From a plasmid: a stretch of 64,000 nucleotides of DNA. Shown piece after piece: positions 9,687-19,890 of this stretch. The stretch lies in the sequence record NZ_CP067423.1, one strand, 5' to 3'. How positions within the stretch are numbered: position 1 is the stretch's first letter; each line of letters starts with the position of its first letter. The translations under genes were made by a program, and so were the position numbers. Under the pieces are notes generated by a model. The model did not search any database, was not told where the DNA came from, and saw only the letters and a list, made by a program, of their open reading frames with translations.

Positions 9687-10673
9687 TCAGTGCGCTGTCG
9701 GTCTGCCGAAGACGGCATCGACACTGTCGGCCTCAAGCACCGCATCGATCCAGGTATCCAGCTGGTCCGCATCAGCCGCCAATAACCGGGCACGGTAAAG
9801 CTCCGGAACACCGTGGAAGCGTCGCTCGAGCAGCCGGAGCAGGGTCTCGGCTTTGCCCTCGATGCGTCCCTGTTTGCGTTCCTGCGCCATGACCGACATC
9901 ACCGCCTCCCTCTGCTCATCCGGCGCCCGGGCCAGCGCCCCCTCGATCGCCCGCCGGTCGACCGCATCGTACGCCCAGTTGATATATATGAACGCACTGA
10001 CCAGGATTCCGCTACCCAGCAGATCGTCGACCGCCGCCAGCACCGCCGCCCCCTGCCCGTCGGGCCGATGGCTGTACTTCAGCACCCGCAGCCCGCCGCG
10101 CGCCACCCGCTGGTCGGACAGCCGCTCGTCCGGCACCCGTCCGAGGTCGAGCAGGGCGTAGCGGAAGTCTGGCAGATAGAGCCGCAATGCCGGACATGCT
10201 GCCACCGTCTCGCCGAACGACAGCGGCACGGTCCACTCCCGGGCACCATGGTAGATCACCAGCGGCACGATCGGCGGGCGCTCGCTGCCGGCCACCCCGC
10301 CCTGCTCCAGCCGTTGCCGGTCCAGCCGGCGCCAGATCTCGGCCAGGTAGCCCAGCAGCTGGACCCCGACCTCCGGGTCCGGCGCGCTCTTGTGCTCCAG
10401 CAGCACGTAGATGTAGAGCTCGCCGCCGTCCAGGGTCCGAGCCCGGTAGAGCCGGTCGGCCTGGCTGTGGCGCAGGTGGGCCGCGACGAAGTGGGCATCG
10501 AGCAGCTCCGGCGCCTCCGGCGCCAGCAGTGCCGCCACCTCGGCCGGCAGGTGTTCGCGCAGCACGGCCGCGGCCACGCCGGGCTCGTCCATCAGCGCCC
10601 GGAAGAAGGCATCGTGGGTGACCGGGAGATTGGGCACGGACGGGCGGCTCCTGAGTGTCGGAGGTCGGATCAT
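9687..10673 (-). CDS. Rpn-family recombination-promoting nuclease / putative transposase (YhgA-like, PD-(D/E)XK)
   Basis: 328-aa protein from ATG 10673-10671. Family-typical sequence (LYIYVLLEHKS...PLVIYHG) and Rpn-like C-terminal tail. Confidence 0.7.
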   Translation of the reverse strand: MIRPPTLRSRPSVPNLPVTHDAFFRALMDEPGVAAAVLREHLPAEVAALLAPEAPELLDAHFVAAHLRHSQADRLYRARTLDGGELYIYVLLEHKSAPDPEVGVQLLGYLAEIWRRLDRQRLEQGGVAGSERPPIVPLVIYHGAREWTVPLSFGETVAACPALRLYLPDFRYALLDLGRVPDERLSDQRVARGGLRVLKYSHRPDGQGAAVLAAVDDLLGSGILVSAFIYINWAYDAVDRRAIEGALARAPDEQREAVMSVMAQERKQGRIEGKAETLLRLLERRFHGVPELYRARLLAADADQLDTWIDAVLEADSVDAVFGRPTAH

Positions 10674-11219
10674 GCCGCGCCGGCACCAGCCACGCCAGCC
10701 GGATTTCTCACCGGTCCCACAGTGCCGGTGAGGCATCATGGACCTGACCCTCGTTCCCGTACCCGCTTCGTGGCTCTTTCCACAGACACGTGATATGCCT
10801 TCGGTTCGGAGCGTACCTCTTTCAATTTCATGCGTAGACGACGAGGGTGTGAGTGACGCCACCTGATCAGCACCGATCAAGATCCCGGAACAGGTTCCCG
10901 GCTGGCCGCAAGCCATCCCAACACGGCGGCGGTCGTACGGGCGGCGGCGGCAGTGCCCTGGCGAAGCACGCCCGCTACCTGGAGCTTGCCCAGCTGGCCA
11001 GGACCGCCGGCGACGAGGTCGCGGCGCAGCATAACCTTCAGCATGCCGAGCACTGGTACCGCACGGCGATGGCCGACCGGCGAACCGGGAGCGATGCCCC
11101 GGCGGCGGTCGATGGCGGGATCCTTGCCGACTGAGGCGCGGCCGGAGCGCTGCCGGCGCAAGACCGGCCCAAGGGCGCGGACCCCGCTTCTTTCTCACAA
11201 ACCCTGTGGGCCTTCTGAC

Positions 11220-11630
11220 ATGACACCGGGCGGACAGGACGGGCGGGACGTGCAGGGACCGGAGACGGCCGACTGGCGTGCCGGATCCTACAATATCATC
11301 ACCGCCGCCGGCCGGCTCGAAGTCGAGGGCATCGTGCGGTCGCCGTTCGGCATCGACGAGCGCGCCGACGGCGAGCCTGGATCCCGGAGCTGGGCGGTGA
11401 CCCACCTGCCCTCCGGGCTGGCCATAGTCACCCGGATCCGGGCGTGGGCGGTGGCGCTGGCGTTCACGGACCGGATCGCCGGGCTGGCCGACTGGACCGC
11501 CCGGGATATCGCCGCCACGCCCGAGCTGAGGGAGCAGGTCCGCATCGCCCTGGACCGGACCTATGACGATTTCCAGGCGGGCCGCCTGTCCGCCGATCCG
11601 GACAACAGGCCGAAGACTTCCGCTTCCTGA
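11220..11630 (+). CDS. hypothetical protein (136 aa)
   Basis: ATG at 11220 in an open frame with no homopolymeric bias. Confidence 0.3.
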   Translation: MTPGGQDGRDVQGPETADWRAGSYNIITAAGRLEVEGIVRSPFGIDERADGEPGSRSWAVTHLPSGLAIVTRIRAWAVALAFTDRIAGLADWTARDIAATPELREQVRIALDRTYDDFQAGRLSADPDNRPKTSAS

Positions 11631-11839
11631 TGCCGTCGGGTCGCCCGGATCCCCCGCCCGGCGCACGCTCCATTCCGGGGCGCCGGCTGTGGCGAGTGTA
11701 GCCCGGGTGCAACCCCACCCGTGAATTCGCATCATGGATGCGGGCCGGCGAGCGCGTTTGCCTTGTCACCCGGCCGAGCCAGTGGCAAGGGGAAAGGACC
11801 TGCCGATGGGGGCAGCCTATTCGAGGGGGATTTGCAGTC

Positions 11840-12118
11840 ATGAACCAGGCGGAACTGATCGCCGCCGTCGCGGAGCGCGCCGGCCTGACCAAGGCGGATG
11901 CCGGAAAAGCCGTCGAGGCGCTGGTCGCCACGGTCACCGACGCGCTGAAGCGGGGCGACGAGGTGCGCATCGCCGGTTTCGGCAGCTTCGCGATCTCCGA
12001 GCGCGCGGAGCGCCAGGGCCGCAATCCCCAGACCGGCGCGCAGATCACCATCGCGGCGTCCCGGGCCGCCAGGTTCACCGCCGGCAAGGCGGTCAAGGAC
12101 GCGCTCAACGGCGGCTGA
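11840..12118 (+). CDS. hup: HU family DNA-binding protein
   Basis: 92-aa protein MNQAELIAAVAERAGLTKADAGKAVEALV...RIAGFGSFAISERAERQGRNPQTG with an HU/IHF signature. RBS GAGGGGGA. Confidence 0.85.
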   Translation: MNQAELIAAVAERAGLTKADAGKAVEALVATVTDALKRGDEVRIAGFGSFAISERAERQGRNPQTGAQITIAASRAARFTAGKAVKDALNGG

Positions 12119-12235
12119 CCGGGCGGGCACAGCCCCTCCGGAGCAGCCGGGGATAGGGTAAGGATCTCCATGGATCGTGTCCAGGCCCGCGCCGAGTACT
12201 GGCAGGCGTCGTCCGGCACTACCATCGCGGGACCG

Positions 12236-13249
12236 TCACGTCAGCGGGGCCGCGGCCCCGCTGACCGATGCCGTCTCCTTGTTGAAGTCGAGGATGACGT
12301 CATAGCCTTGGTCGACATCGACGCGGTGGGCGAACTGGAAGTCGTCGCGGCCGTATCCTCCAGTCATGGTCTGGTTGCCCACCCAGCCCTCCAGGTAGTC
12401 ATGCCCGTCGCCGCCCCGGACGGTCATGTTGCCGCTCGCGGAGACGTAGGCGGAATTGGCGCCCGAGACGATGTTCAATTCCTCGAAGCCCCACACGCTG
12501 GACCACCAGTAGCCGCTGGGCTCAACATGATCTCCCACGACGCCGAGGCTGCCGCCCCACTGGCTGGAGTTGCTGGTTGCGCTCAGGTAGATCTGTCCTG
12601 CCTGATCCTGGCCGAACGCGCCGCGGACATCGACATTCAGGATGTCGCGCCCGGCGCCGCCGTCCAGGATGCCGGTGCTGGGAGGCTCCACGGCGTCCTG
12701 CGCAGTCCAGGAGATGGCGGTGAAGTTGAAAGTGTCGTTGCCGACCCCGCCCTGGGCGTCGTCCAGGCCGTCCACATAGAGGGTATCATTGCCGTCCCCG
12801 CCACGCAGCCGGTCGGCTCCTAAGTCACCGCGTAGCAGATCGTTGCCGATGCCGCCGTCCAGATAGTCGTTACCGTCGCCGCCCCACAGATCATCGTCAT
12901 TGGCGCCGCCGAACAGGGCATCCACACCCTTGTCACCGCGCAGGCGGTCATTGCCGTTGTCCCCGTAGAGACCGTCGGCGCCGTCGCCGCCGACGATGTA
13001 GTCAGCGCCGTTACCGCCGCGCAGGGTGTCGTCTCCCGCTTCGCCCCACAGGGCGTCGATCCCATCACCGCCCGTGAGGGTGTCGTTCCCGGTGCCGCCG
13101 TACAGTCCGTCGTCTCCGGTTCCGCCGTCCAGGATGTCATTGCCGCCTTGGCCGCGCAGGGTGTCGTTGCCCCCATTGCCCTTTGCGTTGTCGGCACTAG
13201 AGGTGCCGCTCCACGTGTTAGCGGCAGAAGTGCCATTGTAAGTTGCCAT
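12236..13249 (-). CDS. RTX / hemolysin-type calcium-binding repeat protein
   Basis: Many GGxGxDxL nonapeptide repeats ([24 protein letters not shown] and similar). Confidence 0.8.
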   Translation of the reverse strand: MATYNGTSAANTWSGTSSADNAKGNGGNDTLRGQGGNDILDGGTGDDGLYGGTGNDTLTGGDGIDALWGEAGDDTLRGGNGADYIVGGDGADGLYGDNGNDRLRGDKGVDALFGGANDDDLWGGDGNDYLDGGIGNDLLRGDLGADRLRGGDGNDTLYVDGLDDAQGGVGNDTFNFTAISWTAQDAVEPPSTGILDGGAGRDILNVDVRGAFGQDQAGQIYLSATSNSSQWGGSLGVVGDHVEPSGYWWSSVWGFEELNIVSGANSAYVSASGNMTVRGGDGHDYLEGWVGNQTMTGGYGRDDFQFAHRVDVDQGYDVILDFNKETASVSGAAAPLT

Positions 13250-13724
13250 TGAACTAAATCCTGCCCTTGGTGATCTGTTATTAGATGTGAGTACAGATTT
13301 ATACCACCTGAAGTATAAGTTAACAGAATCAATGAGATAGTATCGAAAGAGATACTGTTGCGTGGTAACATAAGCACGAAGGACAACAATACAGAAATAG
13401 TGATAAATTTTACGCGCATTATTTCGCTAAAGGGCGATATCGATTGTCGGTTGAATTAGCAGCCACGATCCGAAGTATTCTATTATTTTCAATGCATTGT
13501 ATTTTCCGAGCTTTTGCTGTATGAAACCGGCCGTTTTCCGATAGGCTGTTCAGAGGCTCACTTGATCGATTTTGGACTAGAGACCGCTACGGCGTTATCC
13601 TCAAGCACAGTGCCCTACGGCGCGCACCCCGCCATGCGCTTCCTCCACCATACTGAGCTGCACTTTCTAAGTTTCACATAATAAAACCGTAAAAATAGGC
13701 CATATACCTGCACGGAGGCTGTTC

Positions 13725-14888
13725 ATGCACCTGGGGCACCTGTTCCTTCTAGGTTCCATTGTTCTCGCTCCTGTCCCGGCACTCGCCGTCCCAAACTACA
13801 CCATCACCGATCTCGGCACGCTCCCCGGCGGTAGAGGCAGCGGCGGTTTCGATATCAACAATAACGGCCAGGTGACAGGGACCAGCGGGACCTCTACGGG
13901 CCCCCGTGCGTTCCTGTGGGACTCGGAGACCGGCATGCGGGACCTCGGGTCACTTGCCGGAAACGGCGGCGTCAGCCAAGCCTTTGGCATCAACGACAAC
14001 GGGCAAGTCACAGGGTTCAGCACCAACGCAGACGATAGCCAACGTGCGTTCCTGTGGGACAGTGCCACCGGCATGCGGGACCTCGGTACAGGCGGCGGCG
14101 GCGAGAATGAGATAAGCGATGGTGCCGACATCAACAACAGCGGCCAGGTGACAGGAGCCAGCAACTTCGGCCCGAGCATCGTCAATGCGTTCGTGTGGGA
14201 CCCGGAAACCGGCATGCGGAGCATCGGCGCGTTAAGCGAGGAGTTTCCCGGCATCAGCATCGGCTCCGGCATCAACGACAGCGGCCAAGTGACGGGAAGC
14301 AGCACCATTGGGGAAACCGGCAACCATGCGTTCCTATGGGACCCGCTGACCGGTATGCAGGATCTTGGCACGCTCGCGGGACCGACTGGCCGGGCGAACA
14401 GCTTCGGCGATGATATCAACGATAGAGGCCAGGTGACGGGAGGCAGCGGCACCGGTGTAGGCGTCTTCAATGCGTTCCTGTGGGACCCAACCACCGGCAT
14501 GCAGGACTTAGGCGCCCTCGCCGAAGGGGTCTTCAACGCCGGCCGGGGCATCAACAACAGCGGCCAGGTGACGGGACAAAGCACTACTGCGGACAGCGTC
14601 GACCGTGCTTTCCTGTGGGATGGCACGGGCTTGGTCGACCTGAACGACCTGATCCCTCCGGGATCGGGATGGACCCTCCAGAGTGGAGAAGGGATCAACG
14701 ACGCCGGGCAGATCACTGGTTTCGGCATCAATCCCAGTGGCCAAGGCCGTGCCTTCCTGCTGACGCCGGTCACGGTCGCGGAGGTCCCGGAACCGGGAAC
14801 GCTGGTACTGATCGCCGTCGGAGGCATTGGATTGGGCTTGGCGCGGCATCGTAGGCGCCAATACGATTATCGCACGATCCAAAGGTGA
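13725..14888 (+). CDS. HAF-repeat extracellular protein with C-terminal PEP-CTERM sorting signal
   Basis: Signal peptide. About nine repeats of roughly 42 aa (AFLWD..TGMRDLG...GINDNGQVTG, including a literal HAF). C-terminus VPEPGTLVLIAVGGIGLGLARHRRR. Confidence 0.8.
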   Translation: MHLGHLFLLGSIVLAPVPALAVPNYTITDLGTLPGGRGSGGFDINNNGQVTGTSGTSTGPRAFLWDSETGMRDLGSLAGNGGVSQAFGINDNGQVTGFSTNADDSQRAFLWDSATGMRDLGTGGGGENEISDGADINNSGQVTGASNFGPSIVNAFVWDPETGMRSIGALSEEFPGISIGSGINDSGQVTGSSTIGETGNHAFLWDPLTGMQDLGTLAGPTGRANSFGDDINDRGQVTGGSGTGVGVFNAFLWDPTTGMQDLGALAEGVFNAGRGINNSGQVTGQSTTADSVDRAFLWDGTGLVDLNDLIPPGSGWTLQSGEGINDAGQITGFGINPSGQGRAFLLTPVTVAEVPEPGTLVLIAVGGIGLGLARHRRRQYDYRTIQR

Positions 14889-14994
14889 CACAGCCTGTCC
14901 GAAACCCACCATTTTCCAACAGATGGGGAAGAACCTCTCCGGCGCCGGAAGACTTCTGAACCGACCGGCGCCGGTTACGCTGCTCGATACACGA

Positions 14995-15522
14995 TCAGCT
15001 CAAGCCGGACCGCGACTCTGCATCAAGGCGGGCAAGGCTTTCACCCAGCACGAGAAGGCTGACACCCAGGAGCGCCACATCCTTGATCAGGAACTGGCCG
15101 GTGGCGTTAAGCCACGGAAAGCCGCCCAGGGGGCCTTCCCAGATCGGCAACGCCAACATGGTGGAGACGGTGACGGCAAAGGTCAGTGTGCCGAGTGCCC
15201 CGGCAACGACACCCGCGCGCGCCGACCAGGGCGAGGCAGTGAACAGCGCCGCGGTGACGAGTTCGACGACGCCGAGCAGGTACGCCGCGCCCGCCTCGCC
15301 GAAGACGGGGTAGAGCCAGGCAAGCCAGGGTGTCCCGCCGATGAGCGGCTTGAGCGCGTCGATCTCGACCTGGGTGAACTTCAGGATGCCGATCAGGAAG
15401 AGCGGCAGGACGACACCGGCGAGGGCCACGCCCCGGCCGGTGACCGTGAGGCGGCTGGGCAGTTCCGTCCGAGAGAGAAAGGCGGCCACGCCAGCGGCGG
15501 AGTAAGCGGGATTGTTCGACAT
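14995..15522 (-). CDS. DUF417/YkgB-like inner membrane protein
   Basis: 175-aa polytopic membrane protein. Confidence 0.55.
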   Translation of the reverse strand: MSNNPAYSAAGVAAFLSRTELPSRLTVTGRGVALAGVVLPLFLIGILKFTQVEIDALKPLIGGTPWLAWLYPVFGEAGAAYLLGVVELVTAALFTASPWSARAGVVAGALGTLTFAVTVSTMLALPIWEGPLGGFPWLNATGQFLIKDVALLGVSLLVLGESLARLDAESRSGLS

Positions 15523-15543
15523 AGTGTCCCGTTTCAGAAGTTT

Positions 15544-16638
15544 CTAATCACATTTGGTCTGAACATTGATGGTTCGGCGGCAGAACCGTTCGATACAGGC
15601 AAGAATGTCGTCGGCGGACTTTGTCCACCGAAAGGGCTTGGGATCAGCATTACGGTCGTCGATGTAGGCGGTGATCGCCGCCTCCAAGGCCTCGGTTGAG
15701 CGGTGCACGCCGCGCCGGATCTGCTGGTCGGTGAGGAGCCCGAAGAAGCGCTCGACCTGATTGATCCAGGATGCCGAGGTCGGAGTGAAATGGACATGCC
15801 AGCGCGGCCGCTTGGCGAACCAGTCGCGGATCAGCTTGGTCTTGTGGGAGGAGGCGTTGTCCATCACGACGTGGATGTCCAGGTCGGCCGGCACGTTACG
15901 CTCGACCTCGTCCAGGAACTTGCGGAACTCCGCTGCCCGATGACGCGGCATGCACCGGCCAATCACTGTCCCTGCTTTCACGTCCAGCGCGGCGAACAAG
16001 GACGTGGTGCCGTGGCGTTCGTAGTCGTGAGTGCGCCGCTCGATCTGCCCTGGGCGCAGAGGAAGCAGTGGCTGGGTTCGGTCAAGGGCCTGGATCTGCG
16101 TCTTTTCATCCACGCACAGCACCAGCGCACGCTCCGGCGGGGCCAAGTAAAGGCCGACGATGTCTCTGACCTTTTCGACGAACAGCGGGTCGGTAGAGAG
16201 CTTGAAGGTCTCGCTGCGGTGGGGTTGCAGGGAGAAAGCCCGCCAGATGCGATGCACGCTGGAGGCCGACAGGCCGGAAGCCCTGGCCAGCGAGCGCGTG
16301 CTCCAGTGAGTGGCGGTGGGCGGCAGTGCCTCCAAGGTCGTCGTCACCACCTCGGCGACCTTGTTGTCGCCGATCTTCCGCGGCGCGCCCGGACGGGGTT
16401 CCTCCGCCAAGCCGTCCAGCCGCCGCTCGGCAAAACGCTTGCGCCATGTCGCCACCGTCAGGCGGGTGATGTTGAGCCGGTCGGCAATGGCAACGTTGCT
16501 CAGACCCTCCGCCGAAAGCAGAACAATCTGCGCCCGTATCGCATCCGCCCGGGCGGTCTTCCGGCGGCGCGCCCGCGCCTCCAGTTCGTTCCGCTCTGCC
16601 TCGTTCAGGTTAATGTGAACCGCGGCTCCCCAGGCCAT
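15544..16638 (-). CDS. IS630 family transposase
   Basis: 364-aa protein with an N-terminal HTH and IS630/Tc1-like DDE region (VDEKTQIQAL...VMDNASSHKT). Confidence 0.9.
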   Translation of the reverse strand: MAWGAAVHINLNEAERNELEARARRRKTARADAIRAQIVLLSAEGLSNVAIADRLNITRLTVATWRKRFAERRLDGLAEEPRPGAPRKIGDNKVAEVVTTTLEALPPTATHWSTRSLARASGLSASSVHRIWRAFSLQPHRSETFKLSTDPLFVEKVRDIVGLYLAPPERALVLCVDEKTQIQALDRTQPLLPLRPGQIERRTHDYERHGTTSLFAALDVKAGTVIGRCMPRHRAAEFRKFLDEVERNVPADLDIHVVMDNASSHKTKLIRDWFAKRPRWHVHFTPTSASWINQVERFFGLLTDQQIRRGVHRSTEALEAAITAYIDDRNADPKPFRWTKSADDILACIERFCRRTINVQTKCD

Positions 16639-16733
16639 GCCAACCTCCCAAATCCGGTATTGGGAAAGTGAATCACGGCACCAGAATCATGTATAGTTAT
16701 TTCTGAAGCGGGACAATAGGTCCCTCCATGCAT

Positions 16734-16793
16734 TTATATGCGTGAAGCATATAACAGGAATGGGGGATTGATGTCTATGCGTTGCGCATATAA
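16734..16793. promoter_or_regulatory. inverted repeat TTATATGCG-N42-CGCATATAA just upstream of the marR-like gene (possible operator)
   Basis: 9-bp perfect inverted arms in a lower-GC stretch 10 nt before the ATG at 16803. Confidence 0.25.
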
Positions 16794-16802
16794 TTTTGAC
16801 GC

Positions 16803-17324
16803 ATGACCAATGACAGAACTGCCAACATCGTCGGTGCACTCGCCCTGGCCGTCGTCGACACCCTGCTCCGCGAAGCCCAGGCCGCGGCGCCGGAGCCGGG
16901 ACCCGCCGCGGCCGCCATATCGCTGCTTGCCCACGATCCGGGCATGTCGATCGACCGGCTGCGGCGCGCACTCGGTCTGTCGCATCCCGGTGCGGTTCGT
17001 CTGGTCGACCGCCTGGTGGCGGATGGGGCCGTGGTCCGGGAAGTCTCTGATCGCGACCGTCGTGCCGTCGCACTTCACTTGACCGAAGCGGGCCGAAGGA
17101 CCTGCGCGAACATTCGGGGCGCGCGGCTGCACAGCCTCACGAAGGTGCTCGATTTGCTTGATGCGGACGAACGCGCCACTCTGGGCATGCTGACCGAGAA
17201 GCTGCTGCGCGGACTCGTTGGGACCGAGGACCAGGCCTACTCGGTCTGCCGGCTCTGCGACGAGAGCGTGTGCGCGGACTGCCCCGCCGCCAGCGCATTG
17301 GGGCCCCCCAACGCGATCGGCTGA
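16803..17324 (+). CDS. MarR family transcriptional regulator
   Basis: 173-aa protein with a winged HTH (MSIDRLRRALGLSHPGAVRLVDRLVADGAVVREVSDRDRRAVALHLTEAGR). Confidence 0.8.
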   Translation: MTNDRTANIVGALALAVVDTLLREAQAAAPEPGPAAAAISLLAHDPGMSIDRLRRALGLSHPGAVRLVDRLVADGAVVREVSDRDRRAVALHLTEAGRRTCANIRGARLHSLTKVLDLLDADERATLGMLTEKLLRGLVGTEDQAYSVCRLCDESVCADCPAASALGPPNAIG

Positions 17325-17763
17325 AATTTCCGGGGCGAGATCTTTTCTCTACCCTCTGCGAGAACCTGTTCTGTCCCGGCGACTGTTGGACAGGTGGTGA
17401 GTCGTCTCTATCGCTCGCGGTCAGTGTCGCTCAGATCCATCGCGGCGATTTCCATGCCTACCCCCAGTTCCCGGAGCTGCGTGGACACGTGCAGGAGCAG
17501 AGCGGGGTGGCCGCCGGTCTCGGCGAGGCCGACCATGGCCAGGATTTCGTTGAGGACATAGGGAATGAGACGCGTCTCCATCCGTAGACAACAGGCGCGA
17601 AGCACCTTGTTTCCCGCGCTTCTGATCACTGGCGTTTCCCGCGCCTTTCGCGAGCGCCGCGAGTTCGGACCGGGTGGACAACGCTGCATGCCGGGCCAGG
17701 CTTGTGGGAGCTGGTCTGGTGCCAGATCCGGATCTGGGATGTCGGCGTGAACCGGCTCCCCAA

Positions 17764-18957
17764 TCAGGGTTCGTCAGGTGCTGGTCCGTCGGCTCCATCA
17801 CCGGGCGGGAACGGCTTCTCGCCCCGGGCGATGCGGTCGAGCAGGCGGCGTACCCCGCGGGTCCGCTCGTCGGCCGCCGCGACCAGCCGGTCCAGGGCGT
17901 CGAAGTCGAAGCTCACCGGCGCCAGCCGCGCGGGTTCGACCGGATCCGCGTCCGGCCGCACCGCGACTTCCGCGGGGTCGGTCGCCAGTTCCGCGAACGG
18001 CGGGGTCAGCACCCGCCTGGGCCGGCCCCGCGGTCCGCCCCGGGCCCGGCGCCGGGCGGCGGTGGTCTCGGCGCGGATCGGCAGCAGGCGCTTGAGGCCG
18101 TAGAGCCGGCGTGCGCCCCGCCCGGCCCGGCCGGTCACCTCGGCGGCGACCTCGAGCCCGACCAGCGCGTCCAGCATCCGCGACGCGCCCTCGACCGAGC
18201 AGCCCAGCGCGTCGGCCAGGGCCGAGACGCTGAGCAGCGGCGAGGCGGCCAGCAGGTCGACCGCCGCCGGCAGCCGGGAGTTGGACCGGCCGCCGGCGCG
18301 CCGGTCGACCCGGTTGCGGGCCTCGCGCCACTCCCGCTCCATCGTCAGCAGCAGGTCACGGCCGTCGGCGGCCTCGCGCAGGACCGCCTCGAGGAAGCGC
18401 ACCGTGAACCCGTCGGGATCGGCGGCACCCGCCCGCAGCGCGTCGCCCCCGGTGACGGCGGCCAGCAGGTGGATGGTGGTCCCGCGCTCACGCAGGTACA
18501 GCGGCACGGCGGCGCGGATTGCCGGCCGGCTGCCCTGCCCGGCCAGCCACTCCAGCATGCCCAGCGCGGCGGCGACCAGGGCCGGCCGGTCGCGGCCGCT
18601 GGCGCGCAGGCTGTCCAGGGCGGCGTCGCGCAGGGCCGCCTGCCCGGCATCGGGCGCCGCCAGCCACCCCCGCAGGCCGACCGCGTGGTTCAGCCCGGTG
18701 ATCTCCCGGCCGCGGTCGATCGGCGGCGCGGCGGGATCGGTCCGGAGCGGCAGGCCGTGCAGGTGGGCGGCCAGGCGGTAGGGATCGACCTTGTGGCCGT
18801 CCGCCCCGGCGTGGCGACACGCGGCGTCGAGGCCGCTCCAGACGGCCCAGGCCGGCCGCAGCGGGGTGTCGGCCAGGGCGGCGTCTAGGCGGCCGACGGC
18901 GGTGGCGGCGGCTTCGAGCGCCCCGGCGACCGGGCCCGCGACGAACAGTTCGGCCAT
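17764..18957 (-). CDS. conserved hypothetical protein, paralog A (HTH-containing; the other copy is at 60434-61612)
   Basis: 397-aa protein from ATG 18957-18955 (RBS GAGGAGAGAG). About 75-80% identical to the 60434-61612 product. HTH-like segment LSVSALADALGCSVEGASRMLDAL. Confidence 0.6.
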   Translation of the reverse strand: MAELFVAGPVAGALEAAATAVGRLDAALADTPLRPAWAVWSGLDAACRHAGADGHKVDPYRLAAHLHGLPLRTDPAAPPIDRGREITGLNHAVGLRGWLAAPDAGQAALRDAALDSLRASGRDRPALVAAALGMLEWLAGQGSRPAIRAAVPLYLRERGTTIHLLAAVTGGDALRAGAADPDGFTVRFLEAVLREAADGRDLLLTMEREWREARNRVDRRAGGRSNSRLPAAVDLLAASPLLSVSALADALGCSVEGASRMLDALVGLEVAAEVTGRAGRGARRLYGLKRLLPIRAETTAARRRARGGPRGRPRRVLTPPFAELATDPAEVAVRPDADPVEPARLAPVSFDFDALDRLVAAADERTRGVRRLLDRIARGEKPFPPGDGADGPAPDEP

Positions 18958-19105
18958 TCCTGCTCTCTCCTCATCGACCGGGATCCGGCACGGCTCCGGG
19001 AATCGGGCAGCGTCCTTGTATAAGAACTTCCTTGTCATATCAATTGAGTAGACAAGAAATTCTACCGTAACCGCATTTAACTTGATAGTCCGCTGATTTC
19101 CGTCT

Positions 19106-19156
19106 GCCACGTCGTCATGTCCGATAATGTTCAATTATCGGACATGACGACGTGGC
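19106..19156. promoter_or_regulatory. perfect 23-bp inverted repeat with 5-nt loop (core TCCGATAAT/ATTATCGGA) upstream of paralog A
   Basis: GCCACGTCGTCATGTCCGATAAT-GTTCA-ATTATCGGACATGACGACGTGGC. A related palindrome precedes paralog B at 61756-61787. Confidence 0.5.
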
Positions 19157-19890
19157 GGCCAATGTCGTTGTCGGTCAGTTCGTGAGAAAAGCCGGATTCT
19201 GCGCGGTTGGGCACCCTGTCAGGCCCTGTTTTGCAGACCGGATCATGCTAAATGTTTTGAGCCGTTCATGCGAAAAGCCCGCCACCCGGACGCGGGGCAT
19301 CACCGCACGCTGTTGAAAAACAAGCCTTTTTCCAAAAAGGAAGCTTGAGGACGTAGCCCGTCCAGGGACCTGACTGTTGCCCGACATCCCGCCGCATCAT
19401 GACGCCGAAACGCCCTCGCGGTTCATCTCGTCCCGATCGGCCAGTCCCCACCGGCAGCAGGGGCACACCGGGCATCACCACCGCCGTGACGCTTAGGTAT
19501 TTCACCAAACGGCCATTTGTTGGCAGCTGCGAGTTTGGTAAAATGGTTGAAGACGCCGCCTGCGGCTCTGACCTACAGTGTCGCTGCTGGGCGGTTCAGT
19601 GGATTCGGCCTGTTTCCTGCACTTTATTGGCTAAACCCAGCCGATTTGCGGGGTGGATCGCTGGAACTGCTGGACGGTTCCGTACAGCGCTCGCTGGCCC
19701 GTTTCGCCGCCGGTCTCCGCTCACGTCATCCTCTCTTCCCCATCAGAAGCCGTGCGTGCCCGCATCGTCAGAACGTCCCCCTGCACGCGGGGTGTAAAGA
19801 AAGTGGCGTGTAACGAAACGACCGTTTCCTTCCGTGTTCCTGAACTTTACAAAGGGGGTGGACGACACTCTTACGGCTTGGGGAAACACT

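Noticed and set aside
10674-11735. Upstream 350 codons of the long minus-strand ORF 9687-11735 (Arg/Pro/Gly-rich)
   Set aside because: Compositional read-through typical of high-GC DNA. Rpn-family similarity begins only at the internal ATG at 10673, which has its own upstream context. The plus-strand small ORFs (10853-11134, 11220-11630) are as plausible as this extension.
12820-13419. 199-aa minus-strand ORF overlapping the RTX gene in another frame
   Set aside because: Low-complexity Thr/Ala/Pro-rich translation produced by the repetitive GGxGxD-coding DNA. The RTX frame carries the real motifs.
17408-17689. 93-aa minus-strand ORF with a plausible C-terminal tail (…IPYVLNEILAMVGLAETGGHPALLLHVSTQLRELG…)
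   Set aside because: It could be a remnant of a transposase or regulator C-terminus, but there is no recognisable motif or intact start. It lies in a 440-bp stretch of probable debris between marR and paralog A.
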